DNA of 64,000 bases. Origin: the human T2T-CHM13v2.0 reference genome, Homo sapiens. The stretch lies in assembly GCF_009914755.1 (NCBI RefSeq), contig NC_060944.1, one strand, 5' to 3'. The notes beneath the pieces are model-generated. The model saw nothing but the letters and a program-made list of their open reading frames with translations, searched no databases and was not told the origin of the DNA. Positions 44,638 through 64,000 of the stretch are shown piece by piece (the first letter of the stretch is position 1; each line of letters begins with the position of its first letter). Both the position numbers and the translations under genes were made by a program.

Positions 44638-46444
44638 ACCCACTTTACCTACGAACAGTAGGACTGAAAGGCCCAGTCCCCTCCTGTCCACCTCACAATT
44701 CCATCAACTCCTCTCCTAGGAATATAACTTAAAGAAATTAGTGGTTAGTCTACTGAAAGCTGAAACGCATGTACTAGAATGTTTCAAGCATCTTTATTTT
44801 TAATAGTCCCAAACTGGACACAACTCTAAGGTCCCATCCACAGGAGAATTGACAAACAGATTAGAGTACATTCACACAATGGAACACTACTCGGCAACAG
44901 AAAGGATAAATTGCTGATACAAGCAATAATATGAATGAAAGACTACCTTTGTTTGGCCCTGGCTATTTGTAGTCCTACTATGTGACACTATTTTATGAAA
45001 TTCAAGAAGAGACAAAACTAGTCTGATAGATGTCAGACATAAATAAAAATTTATTGAGCTGTACGCTTAAGCTATGTAAATTATATTTCAATTTAAGGAG
45101 TTTAAAAAAATTAAAAAAATTTAGGCCTTGGCATGCCCAGAAGTCAATGACTTACTCCCAGGGCTTGACTCCCATTTGCCAAAGTTCTAGGAGCTTGATG
45201 TATAAACTGGAAAGTTGACAAGGTAAGTCCTAATGAGAACTCTAATGAGCCAGGGGCCCAGTGCCTGTGTCACCTGGATAGTGGCAGAGACAAACCGTCC
45301 AATGAGATACTCAGGACACCCTCTTCTGAGGTGCTGCTGGTTGATTATGCCCCTTCCTTGGACTGGATGCCACATAATGAGCTGGGTTCTGACTTCACCA
45401 GTGAAGTGTCCTGTGTCCTTGTGGAAATGACTCAGCCCCCTTCCTCATCTCTAAAATGCGTATACCTACCCTCCCTCCCAGGGTGGTTGTGAGAAGCATT
45501 TGACAAAACACCATATTTAAAGTCCCATTCATAGGAGGTAGGTACTCAGGTAATGTGGTTTCCCCTTCCTTTCACAGAGCTGGGATGCAGCTACTGGCTC
45601 AGACATTTTTCTTTTGATCCTTTTGGGTGCAGAGCCTTTTGCTAGTAGCCAAAAGAGGTGACGAGACACTCCTGAGAACTTCCTTGTTTCTCAGGTCACA
45701 TAGATAATAGATAATAACTTATATCGGCAAAGCTATTTAAAAAACGCTAGGAAGCTCACAGCCTAAGAATATATCCTCCACCAGCCAACTACCTGGAGTC
45801 CCCTCTAAGTGTGTCTTCCTGTGGGGTCACTATTGCCCCCTGTCTAATGTGCTGACTTTGTGAGTGCGAGGGTGGGGCATAATGGTGCATTTGTTAGTCC
45901 TGGTGGTGGATGGAAGGGTTGGGAGCCCTCATTGCAGGAAGAAAGGACAGAATATTATGGAGCTGAGCTCATTGAGGGGAAGATATTTGAGGGTGCTCAC
46001 ATTCCCCCTGTTCCCCTGAGATGGCCCTGAGTCCTCAGCACCCTGGTGAGATTACCGGGAGTAGGCAGGAGTGGTGAGCTCTGGCAACTGCCGCCCTTTT
46101 GGGTCTTCCCTCCATCCCCGGGACCCACCCTTCTGTGTCCCTACCATCTTAGGCTAGGACAGGAAGGCTGCAGAGAGATAGGGCTGGTGGGGACTGGTGG
46201 GCAGTGCCTGGGTACAAGGTACGTTCCTGAAGGGGCTATTTGGAGAGCAAACTCCCCAGGTGGATGCCAGGCTACACTGGGAGAGTGGGGATCTATTTTG
46301 ATTCCCAAGAATTCAACTTTAGAACAAGTAGTGAATGAGGGGATTACGAACTTCCTACAAGCATAGTTGGATGGTGCATAGGAACATGCCCTTGGGCCAA
46401 TGTCATGAGCCCTGGGCTACCCACCTCTTGGTGTTCTTTCCCTC

Positions 46445-46870
46445 TGTATTAGATTTCCCCAGAGAAGCAGAACCAGTAGAATAAATACATAATGAGAGAG
46501 AGAGACTAATTTTAAGGAATTGCTTCATACAACTATGGAAGCCAGCAAGTCCAAAATCTGCAGAGTAGGCTGGCAAGCTGGAGACCCAGGGAAGAGCCGA
46601 TGTTGCAGATCCAGTCTGAAAAACCCTCTGCAGGTAGAACTCTCTCTTGCTCAGGGTGGGGATGGGGGTAGGTCAGCCTTGCTCTATTCAGGCCTTCAGC
46701 TGATTGGATGAGGCCCACCCACATTATGGAGGGCAATCTGCCTTACTCAAACTCTACTGATTTAAATGTTAATCTCATCAAAACAGCCTCAGAGAAAAAT
46801 CCAGAATAATGTTTGATCAAATATCTGGGCTCTGTGGCCCAGCCAAGTTGATACATAAAACTAACCTCCT
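46445..46870 (-). mobile_element. MLT2 (ERVL) solo LTR
   Basis: CCAGAGAAGCAGAACCAGTAG...GATTGGATGAGGCCCACCCACATTATGGAGGG...GCCAAGTTGATACATAAAACTAACC. Confidence 0.8.
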
Positions 46871-49800
46871 TATTAAAACGACTTCGCCAAGCAGTACGAA
46901 CAGTAGCTCCCTGAGGCCCTGCCTTGTGTTGGGGGCCTTGTGCTTTGCCTGATTCAGGTGGACCCTCCCAACACATCTGTTTGGTAAGTGTCATGCTTGT
47001 TTCACAGACGAGTTAACTGAATCTTACGCGATGTGACAGGTGATGTTGGTGCCCTATCTAGATCCCTTTTCCCAGCTAGTGTCCCCCTCCCCAGCTGGTG
47101 ACGGTGCAGTGGCTAACAACTTACATCTGAGAACTTTCATGGAGGATTCCGCTGGCAATGGGATTGTCCTTGTCCAGGACCTAGTGACTCATGTTCCCTT
47201 CTCCCATCATCCAGGGATGGACAACGACTGACTGACACAAGGGTACAAAAGCCTGTCCTGCTTATCTCAGGGGGCAATTCTGTGGACAGCTTACACCCAG
47301 AGCTCCCGGTGGATTGGGCTGAGGCCAGGCTGGACTGAGGCCACGCCCCTGCTGAACATCTTCCTCTGCCACATCCTGCTTCCCTCCATCCCTTTCTCCT
47401 GAGATCATTTCCTCCATAAATCACAGGGATTCCACAAATCCTCATCCTGGGCTCTGAGTCTAAAGAATAGGACCTAAGACACCTGTGAGTGAGGAATGTA
47501 AACCCAGGTCTAGCTGCCTTCAAAGGTGTCCCACAGGATCTTCGCATTGTCCGTAGCTGACAGGGGTGAGGACCTCCCTGGGGAGGGGTTCCTGGTTGCG
47601 GAGAGGGAAGACTCCCTGCCTTTTGGAAGGTCTCTTGGGTTTGCCCCCTTCCTTCTTTGCTTGCCCACTTCTTTCTTGCCTCATTCCACAGAACAGCACC
47701 AGCCACAGGCTAGGAGCCTCTACCCAGGGAGGGCAAGGGGAGGTTGAGGGCTACACCTGTGGCTGGGAAAGGCTGAATCTATGAGTCCCATCCCCAAGGA
47801 TTCTCAGAGCAGGGAGTCGCTGCTTTCTGGGGCAGGGGTGCAGATTCGCAGCAATGGGAATGTGCTCGAAGGCCTGAGCTGCTGCTTGGGAGAGAGCATG
47901 AGCCAAATCCTGGTGGGCAGGCTGCCTGGTCGGTGGGCTTCAAATCTAGGCTGCACTCTGAGGCCTCCATTTGCAGCCTCCGCCTGTGCGAGTGCTGTGT
48001 CACCACCCTGGGAAGGCCTCTGTTGGGTTTTTCCAGAACTTGGAGGTTTAGAAGTGCCCCAGTCATGGCTGCTCTAGTTAGAATTTCGCCTCCAGCTTTC
48101 CCAGGGGGCCTCCAGCCCTCTCTGAGACACAGCTGCTCAGGGACAGTGAATGAATGAGAGCAAGGGGCCCCCTGTGGGGACACGAGAGTTTGCAGCAGAG
48201 ATGGTGGTGCCCAGTCCTGGCAGAGAAAGTGCTGGGGGCAGCTGCATGATGGGGCAAGGCTCCTCATTGGCCCCCAAAGAACCTTCCATCCCACCTGGCT
48301 AGAGAAGACAATGAAGGATGGTGGAGGGGGGTGGTTGCGCCAGTCAGCAGAAGGCTTCTTCTCTTAACAAAAAGGAGGAGTGTTGAGCTGTTCCGTTTGG
48401 TTACAGATCTTTACTACTGCCTTCTCTATGAAAAGATATAGTGTGGGGGCTTTGGTGTCACATAGATCTGATTCAAAAACCTCTGTTTTATCCTTATAAA
48501 TTCTGTGATGCTGTGAAAGCCACTTAACATCTCAGAACCTCAGTTTTCTCATCCATAAAATGGGTGGCCATGCTCACTGCATAGGCTTGCTGTCTGGGAA
48601 GGGGCAAGTAGATGAAGAAAGTAGCTCAGCAAGAGACAGAGATAGCTTTGCAATCTCTGGAATGTGAATGAAAAATTGAGCCATCTTCACCATGAAGGAA
48701 CTCATTTGCTTCTAGAGACATGGCGGTGGGGGCAGACAGAAGGCCACTGCTCACCCGTTCCAGTGTTAAAGGCAGACATTACTGATTATATCTGCATACC
48801 CCAAGCCTGGATACAGAAGCCTGGTAGCTTCTCTTAATTGATCAGAGGTGGCACTTGAAATGGAACTTATGTGTCATCTCTGCGCTCTGTCAAGAGGCCT
48901 TGACAGCCACCCTGGAGGAGTCCCTAGGTGGTGAGGGAAGATTTAAGGGAAAGTAAGTTTGCTTTTTAGGTCTTCTAGTTTGAGTGCCTGGGAATAGAGA
49001 TGGTTTCTGATTGAGCAGCCCAAAGGCTCTATCATGTTCCAGTAGCTTAAGCTACTGAGAAGAGGCCAGGCTTGGAGTGGGCCTTCCGGATGACCACTCA
49101 CTTGGCAGGGCTGGCCTCACTGAAGGTGGACTCTTACCTGCCTCCCACTGGGAGCAGATCCTGAGACAAGGATTGGAGTGCAAGTAGCTTATTTGTGAAG
49201 TGAACCTAGGATCTCCAGTAGAAGAGTGAGGAAGTGAGACTGGGAAGAGAAGGCAGTGAGGGAGCTGGGGTATTTATACGCCAATTCCCATTGATCATTA
49301 GTTGAGGACTTCTGGGGTAGGATGTTAAGTCCTGGTTACATATGGACAGAACAGGGTCAGGTGGCCAGAGAAAGCTCTTTGACAAAAATAATCCCAGGTA
49401 CTGGTATTTGGAAGTGGTAAGAGCTCAAAGCAGTATCTGCTACACATGTGGTCCCACAAATCCTGAGCAACTCAAGTGAGTTTGTCCATTGAAAATCAGA
49501 ACAGCTTAACCTTTCCCAATGTAGAGCTCTCTTTAAAATGCAGGCAGCCTCACCTTGCCCTACTCTGCCTCTCTCAGGGGGAGGCATGGTCCCTACCCAG
49601 CATGGCTGCTGTCACTGCCTTCTCCTACAACCATGAGGACAGTGCTCATTGATCACAAGACTTTTTCAGATAAGACCTCATAACCCCTCTCAAGAGAGTG
49701 AGTGCTCTAGTCAGCCCCTGTAATGTAAAAGGAATAATCCCAGAAAAATCTCTGATGGGCATTTAGCATGAGACACACATTAGGTGCCCAATAAATGGAA

Positions 49801-50264
49801 GCCATTGATAGCACTACTGTTGCTGCTTAGAGATAAAACCTATTGGCCAAACCTATCCTGACCCCAAAAGAGATGGAATTTGTCAGATTCATTCCTCCCC
49901 AGCAGCTACTAGAGAGGAGTGGAGAGAGAGAGCTGGGAAAAGCCGGAAGAAGTTGGAGTAATTTGGGAGAAGAGCCTGGAGTCCTTCCAAGAAGGAGCCC
50001 TGGGCAATGTGAGTTGGGGGGTTGATGAGAGCTTGGTGCCCAGGAGGAGGTGGCAAGGGAGGAGAGATGAGAGGTACTACAATTGTGCCCCATTTTTCAT
50101 TCTCTCCTGGTGAGTCCCTGTCATTAGAAAGGGCATGTTCGATCTCATCTTCCCTTCTGGTTCCCACTCAGAGATGAGGACTTGCCTCCAGGGCTCCCAG
50201 TGGCTTATTCCCATGTTTTCCCATGGTCTGGACTCAAGGAGGGAGGGGTCTCTCTCTCTCTCTC

Positions 50265-51027
<763 letters not shown>

Positions 51028-51186
51028 AAGGATCTTTTTTTATACAGGGTTTTGATTTGCTGTCCTGCTCCACTGGAAAACTTCCCTGCCAAGTTAGCGA
51101 TAGACCTCAGCTAGCAAGACGGATGAGTTGAGTTTCTTCATGAAGCTACAATTCATATCCCAAACTGAAATTCTCATCTATGTCCC

Positions 51187-51537
51187 TGTATTAGTTCGTT
51201 TTCACACTGCTGATAAAGACATACCCGAGACTGGGAAGAAAAAGGTTTAATTGGACTTATAGTTCCACGTGGCTGGAGAGGCCTCAGAATCATGGCGGGA
51301 GACAAAAGGCACTTCTTACATATTGGTGGCAAGGGAAATGAGGAAAAAGCAAAAGTGGAAACCCCTGATAAACCCATCAGATCTCGTGAGACTTATTCAC
51401 TATCACGAGAATAGAATGGGAAAGACTGGCCCCCATGGTTCAGTTACCTCCCCCTGGGCCCCTCCCACAACATGGGGGAATTCTGGGAGATGCAATTCAA
51501 GTTGAGATTTGGGTGGGGACACAGCCAAACCATATCA
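51187..51537 (-). mobile_element. THE1-family solo LTR with intact 5-bp TSD
   Basis: Minus strand starts TGATATGGTTTGGCTGTGTCCCCACCCAAATCTC. TSD GTCCC at 51182-51186 and 51538-51542. Confidence 0.88.
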
Positions 51538-52488
51538 GTCCCTAAACTCACCCCTTCCACAGTCTCTCACTGTGTTTCTGGACTCGTTGCTCAGGCTAGA
51601 AACCTGGACTCCTCTCTGCTCATATTCTTCCACCAAACGATCGGCAATCTGATCATAAGTGCTTTCAAAATACCTGAATTTTTATCCCCTCCTCTGCTAC
51701 CAGTCTGGTCTGGGCCACTATCACTTGTCACCTGGATTACTGCAGTATCCTTCTCTTCCTTCTCTCCAGCTTCTACCCTTGTTTCTCTTCCAACTCACTC
51801 TGCTCCTGATGTGATTCTCAACACAGCAGCCAGATTAATCCTTTAGAGGCTGAGACCATGTTCCTCCTCTGCTGGAAACCCTCCAATGTTCCAACAGCTC
51901 CCAGCCCACTCTAAGTATAAGCCACAGTCCTTACAATGTCTGTGAGGCCCTAGGTGATCTCCATCATACTTCCCTCCTATCATCTCCCTACTTTCTCCTC
52001 TTTGGTCACTCTGTGCATGTCCCTTTAATATGCTAAAGTTGCCCTTGCCTCTCAGCCTTTGCACTGGCTGTTACCCTGAATGGAATGCTCTTCCCTTTGA
52101 TATCCACGTGGCTCCCTCCTTTACTTTCCTTCAGGCCTATCGACTTCACCAGCTCTATCTGTCTCTACAGTACTTACCACCATCTGACACATTCTATTTA
52201 CTGGTTTATATGTTGTCATCGGTCTGTCTGTCTGTGTTGCTTATCAGCATGTCAAGCACACAGTTCAGGGACTTCGCTTAGTATGCACTTGTATCCCTAG
52301 TGCTCAGAACAGCAGGGGCCTCGTCATAGGCACTCAAATAAGAGACACAGTGGGGCCTAGGAACACCTAAAATGGAGAATCAAATCTGGCAGCTTCCAAC
52401 CTTAGCTCACTAGTTGGGTGTTGTGTGTATTAAGGGGCTGCTAAGAGCATCCTTTGGGGATCTCTGTCTCCTCAGAGATTTAGGTGAC

Positions 52489-53247
<759 letters not shown>

Positions 53248-54614
53248 CTGTAACATTAGGCCAAGCCCCCAAAAGCTCCTAGTCTCACAGCCTATGTGAG
53301 TTCAGTGTAGGCTTGGGAATTGGAGAAGCCTTCAGGAAATGATGAAATCAAGCTGGGCCTGGGAGCATAGGTGGAGTTTGGGTAGGCAGGGGACAGAAGG
53401 ACAGTGTGGGCTAGCTTAGGGTAATGCTGCTTAGGTGAGTTACTAGGGGCAGGCACCCCGAACAGAGTATCCGAAGGGCTGCACCCAGCAGTGACACCAT
53501 CACCTCTCTCCTGTCCTGACTGGGCCGGGCTCTGGGGGAGAGGTCCCAACACTGCCCACCTCTTCTTGTTCTCCCAATATCTGTCATCAGCTCCAGTTTG
53601 CATTTCAGTTATTTTTAGATTGTTTTTTCCTTAGCAGTGAAGCAAGCCTGTGGAAGGAAACATATTCCTTCTAAAGCAAGCCTGCAGTTTCTCTGGACAG
53701 GCAAGAGTGAGGCCGCCCGCCTAAACAAAGAGAGGTCTGACGTCTGCTAGGGTGTTCTGGGACTCAGTGGGTCCACCCCTGTCTTCAGTCTCGGACCTGG
53801 CTGCTCCCAGACCATTTCAAGCCTAAGACAATGACATATCTCGCTGGGTTTTGAAAGCTGCTAGAGGGGCTTCCTAACCTCCTTGGCTGTCCTCATCATA
53901 GCTGCCTCCACTCCCTAGCCCTGCGCTCAGTGTTTTTTGCAGGGAAGTTCTTCCTTAAGTCCAAACTGTGGCTCCAAAGATTTCGTTACCAAGGGAGAGA
54001 GGGAGTTGCCACTGATGCGCAGTGCTCAAATTGGACTGGGTGGCTTGCGTGGGATGGGTCTGGGAGAAACTGTCACAGAGGTCATGGGAATGATGACAGC
54101 TGCAACACACGGTGCCCCAGAGGCTTCTCAACCACTGGTAGGTAGGACGATAAGTAGGCAGGCAGCTGGCTGCAGAGGCCTCTTACTCACCCCATATTCT
54201 GCCCTGCCTGGGTTCTGGGCTCTCCTGAGCCTCAAGGTTTCTGCCCTTTCTTTAGAGAAGAGCTGGGTCCCAACTCACAGGACTTCCTCTAAACCCTCCT
54301 GGACCTCTTCCAGAGTCATGTCTGGGTCACTCTAAGGAAGGTCCTCACTGGGGACGGCAAGCTGTCTCAGGGTTTGGCTTCTCAGTCTTCTCCCAGATCA
54401 GGGCTCTTGTCCCAGGATATGTGGGGTTGGGCTGGGTTGAGCACCCCTGTCCCTTCCCATAACTTTGTTCAGGTTGTGGACTCCTTTAGCAGGCTGGTGA
54501 AGTCCATGAAACTCTTCAGAATAATGCTCTTAAATGCATAAGGTAAAATACACCAGATAACAAAGGAAACCAATTGCACTAAAATGCAGATATTAACATA
54601 TTTTAATATTTATA

Positions 54615-56984
<2,370 letters not shown>

Positions 56985-57241
56985 GGATCTAATATCTATC
57001 ACAATTTCACAATATCATAAATGATATTTTAAGATATCTGCAATAACTCTAATATGTTAGGGAAATAGCTGTGATTTTTGTTGGTGACAAAGTTGCAGAC
57101 ACTGCTAAATACTACTGTCATCTATTGCCTACATTCATAATGCAAGGAAATACCATATTTCAGTTAGAGGCAGTGAAAATAATGGGGAAACTTTTTTTTT
57201 CCACCCAAGTTTATTGACATCAGGATAAGAATTCTGCCTTT

Positions 57242-59871
<2,630 letters not shown>

Positions 59872-60454
59872 TAAGTTGTTTTTTGCTTTCTGGTTTTAGT
59901 TTTTTTGCTTTCAGTTTTTCTTGTGTTTGTATTTTGTATAAATGATTCAAACAGTATGTTCTCTTTTGTGTCTAGTTTCTTTGGCTCAGCATCATATTGG
60001 TGAGGTTTATCAAAATTATATGTGTAGTTATAGTTTGTTCATTCTAGCAGCTGTGTATTATTCCATTGCGTGTGTATACCACAATTTATGTATCCATTCT
60101 ACTGTTGTCGGGTGTTTCCAAGACAAACTGGCAAATGAAAATGTTGCAGAATGTATGTTGAATACATAAACATATACATGCAAAACAATCCCAAGCATGT
60201 CTATAAATGCATAGAGAAGTGGTTGCCTGGGAGGAACTGGGGATTGGGGAGGTGACAGCCAAAGGGACTGTAAACTTATCTGTAATGTTTTAAATTTTCT
60301 ACATGGAAACTGTATTCCAGTATAACTTAGATAATTAAAAATTAAATATAATTTTTTTACACATATTCATGCTCTGTGCATTTGGGTCCTCAGAGCTATG
60401 TTGGGAGAAATATCAGTCAGTCAATCAAGCAAGCAATATTAAATGTGTATTTAT

Positions 60455-61598
<1,144 letters not shown>

Positions 61599-63087
61599 TA
61601 AATGTGTGTTTATTATTTGATCAAATATATCAAATCAAATAGATCACACTTACACGCCATGTGGCCTTGAGCAAGTGACTTCACTTCTTTGATCCTTAGT
61701 TCCTTGTTCTCTTAGCTTGGTTCCTCGCCCCGCCCCTCCTGCTGCCTGCCAGCAGAACGTGAGACAAAGGCTTGTGAACAGGTAGTTTATTTAAGAACGT
61801 GATCTTAGGGAGCAGGAGGGAGGGACAGGGACATTGAATCAAGAAATGAGGGAGAGCCAATACAAGATGTGACACCAAGTTAGCCAGTGCTATCTATGGG
61901 TGTCTGGAGGTGGGGGCCATCACAGCCTTTCGTGGAGTTTTCTGAAATGTCTCAGAACTCCCTGCTGGGGGACAAAAGGCAGAAGCATTATTCACTGGTT
62001 CTCACCACTGTTGGTCAAGGGACATCCCACAGCTTCTTAGTTCCTCCCACATTGCTGGGCTGCTCGTGCATGACGGCCAAGCATGTTCCCTTGGGTGTCC
62101 CACCCAGCTGTAGTGGAGAAGCCCCGGGTCAGCTCAGCACTGGCTGGAGGAAGAGATCTGCTCAAGAGGTTTTTGAAGTGGTGTCCCAAATGTGTCTAAC
62201 ACATTCATCTTTAATGTGAGGGGGGTGTCTCCACTTCAAAGGGACACTGCAAGGATTGGGCTGAATTCCATATCTAGGTAACAAGGCACCCAGGGTTGGT
62301 GTTCTGAGGTCCTGGGAAGGATAGGGGGTGGAGGAGACCTGGCCCCCCTACTCCAGTGTGGGGCTAAAGGAGGGGGAAGCTGGAAAGGGAGCTGAGCTGG
62401 CAGAGGCTCTGCCATGTTGCTTCTCCAGGGCTGGGCAGAGGCCCAAGCAAGACAGTGGGAAGGACAGCAGGTTCCAGGACACAGGGAGGAAGGGGGCCTG
62501 GAGGGATTTCCCTGGGCCTGGAATGCAAGGATGAGGTTCCTAATAGGTGCCGTGGCCTTGTTCCTGTGAGAAGAAGGAAACTGATGAGGCCACCGAATGG
62601 AGCAGAAAAGGTGCAGTGAAAATCCTTACCGCCTCCTGCCCTGCAGCCTCTGCATAGTCACAGGGGTGACTATTTTACATCACCCCTGATCACCCACTGT
62701 GGTCCAGCCTTGATCCTTCTCAAGGTTATGAAATAATTTGCTAGCAGCCCTTGCTTTTCAAGTATATTACAGGCTAGACTAGGGGTTCTTAATTTAGGGT
62801 CCTGCAGATACAGTGTAAAAGGGTCAATAAAACTTAGTTGAAAAAAATGACATCTATACGTTGCTCTAAATTAAATTGAGCACTACCTTCAGTTATGGAT
62901 TTAGGCAACAAACCACAGAGCTGAGTCTTTGTCACCAGCAGAAGCCACAGATATTTTCACATCACATGACAGTTATAGATATTTTGAAAGCTCATTTATA
63001 CTTCAAGATTGCAGTAATTATTAGGCCCTCTGTTAGATATCTTGGTATGTAGTGTATTAAGGAAGAAACACATAAATTCTCTCTCTC

Positions 63088-63353
63088 CTTTTTTTTTTTT
63101 TCTGAGACGGAGTCTTGCTCTGTCACCCAGGCTGGAGCGCAATGGGCGTGATCTCAGATTTTCCTGCCTCAGTTACCTGAGTAGCTGGGATTACAGGTGC
63201 CCGCTACCTTGCCCACCTAATTTTTGTATTTTTAGTAGAGACGAGGTTTCACCATGTTGGTCAGGCTGGTCTTGAACTCCTGACCTCAGGTGAGCCACCC
63301 GTCTCGGCCTCCCAAAGTGTCGGGATTACAGGCGTGAGCCACCGTGCCTGGCC
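63088..63353 (-). mobile_element. AluS with an internal deletion
   Basis: About 35 bp missing in the right arm near 63157. Confidence 0.85.
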
Positions 63354-64000
63354 TAAAGCATATATATTCTTATATTACACATTTTAAAATATTTTGATAA
63401 CAATATTTCAATGTAATTGGCTTCCTTTGTAATCTGATATATTTTATTTTATGCATTTAAAAATATTCTTAGAGGGAGTCTATAAGGTTAACAATACAAA
63501 AAGTGCAAGAATCCCTGCACTAGATCAGGAATGGCCAGTACTGACCTGCCTGTGCTTATGGCAGACATTATGAATCAATCATGGCAGTCTTTCTAGCAGA
63601 TGCCAGATGCTCTCTAGGCATTTTCTACTAACTTGTCTGCGGAGACATATGAGGTCAAATTTAGCTGCCCTTCCTGGTCTATAATGAACCAATGCAGGAT
63701 AAAACAAGGCAGGATAAAGATATGATTAAGTGCTTCTTTGGCAAGCACAGCAAATTAGAGCAAAGTTTGAGACTAAGTGTGTCAAAGGAGTTGGAACAAG
63801 AAACCCTTCACAGTGAGGTAGACCCACAGTCAGGGATTTAAAGACATGATTTTGAGAGGTGGAGGAAGGAGGGTGATGGTATTCAGGGTAGGGGCAGGGG
63901 CAATGAGAGGAGGAAAGACTTATATAAACAAAGGTTTGAGGATGGAAAGAACAAGAGATTTCAGGGGACGTTGTGGCAACCAGGTTTCGGAGAAGTTGTG

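Overview
Human (or very close hominid) genomic DNA, dense in Alu, L1 and MaLR repeats, with no protein-coding exon. The order and spacing of a minus-strand CpG-island promoter (~16.5 kb), a full-length ferritin light chain retrocopy (~24.7-25.6 kb) and an RPL21 retrocopy (~60.8-61.6 kb) match my recollection of chr20p13 (RNF24 5' end, FTLP3, RPL21P2). This assignment is from memory and was not checked by search. The standout is one ~4.4-kb insertion (32839-37247) bounded by a 16-bp TSD. It consists of a young SVA (SVA_E-like) plus a ~1.7-kb 3' transduction carrying an antisense HERV-K(HML-2) LTR5, half an Alu and unique sequence. The SVA SINE-R is itself LTR5-derived, so the RNA intermediate could fold into a long duplex. 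Both arms of that duplex carry clustered A>G changes on the RNA-sense strand (~24 sites, none with a 5' G). I interpret this as ADAR A-to-I hyper-editing that was reverse-transcribed and fixed in the genome. The insertion also reused the exact target site of an older U6-chimeric retrocopy. Consensus comparisons rely on recalled sequences plus a direct arm-versus-arm comparison inside the window.
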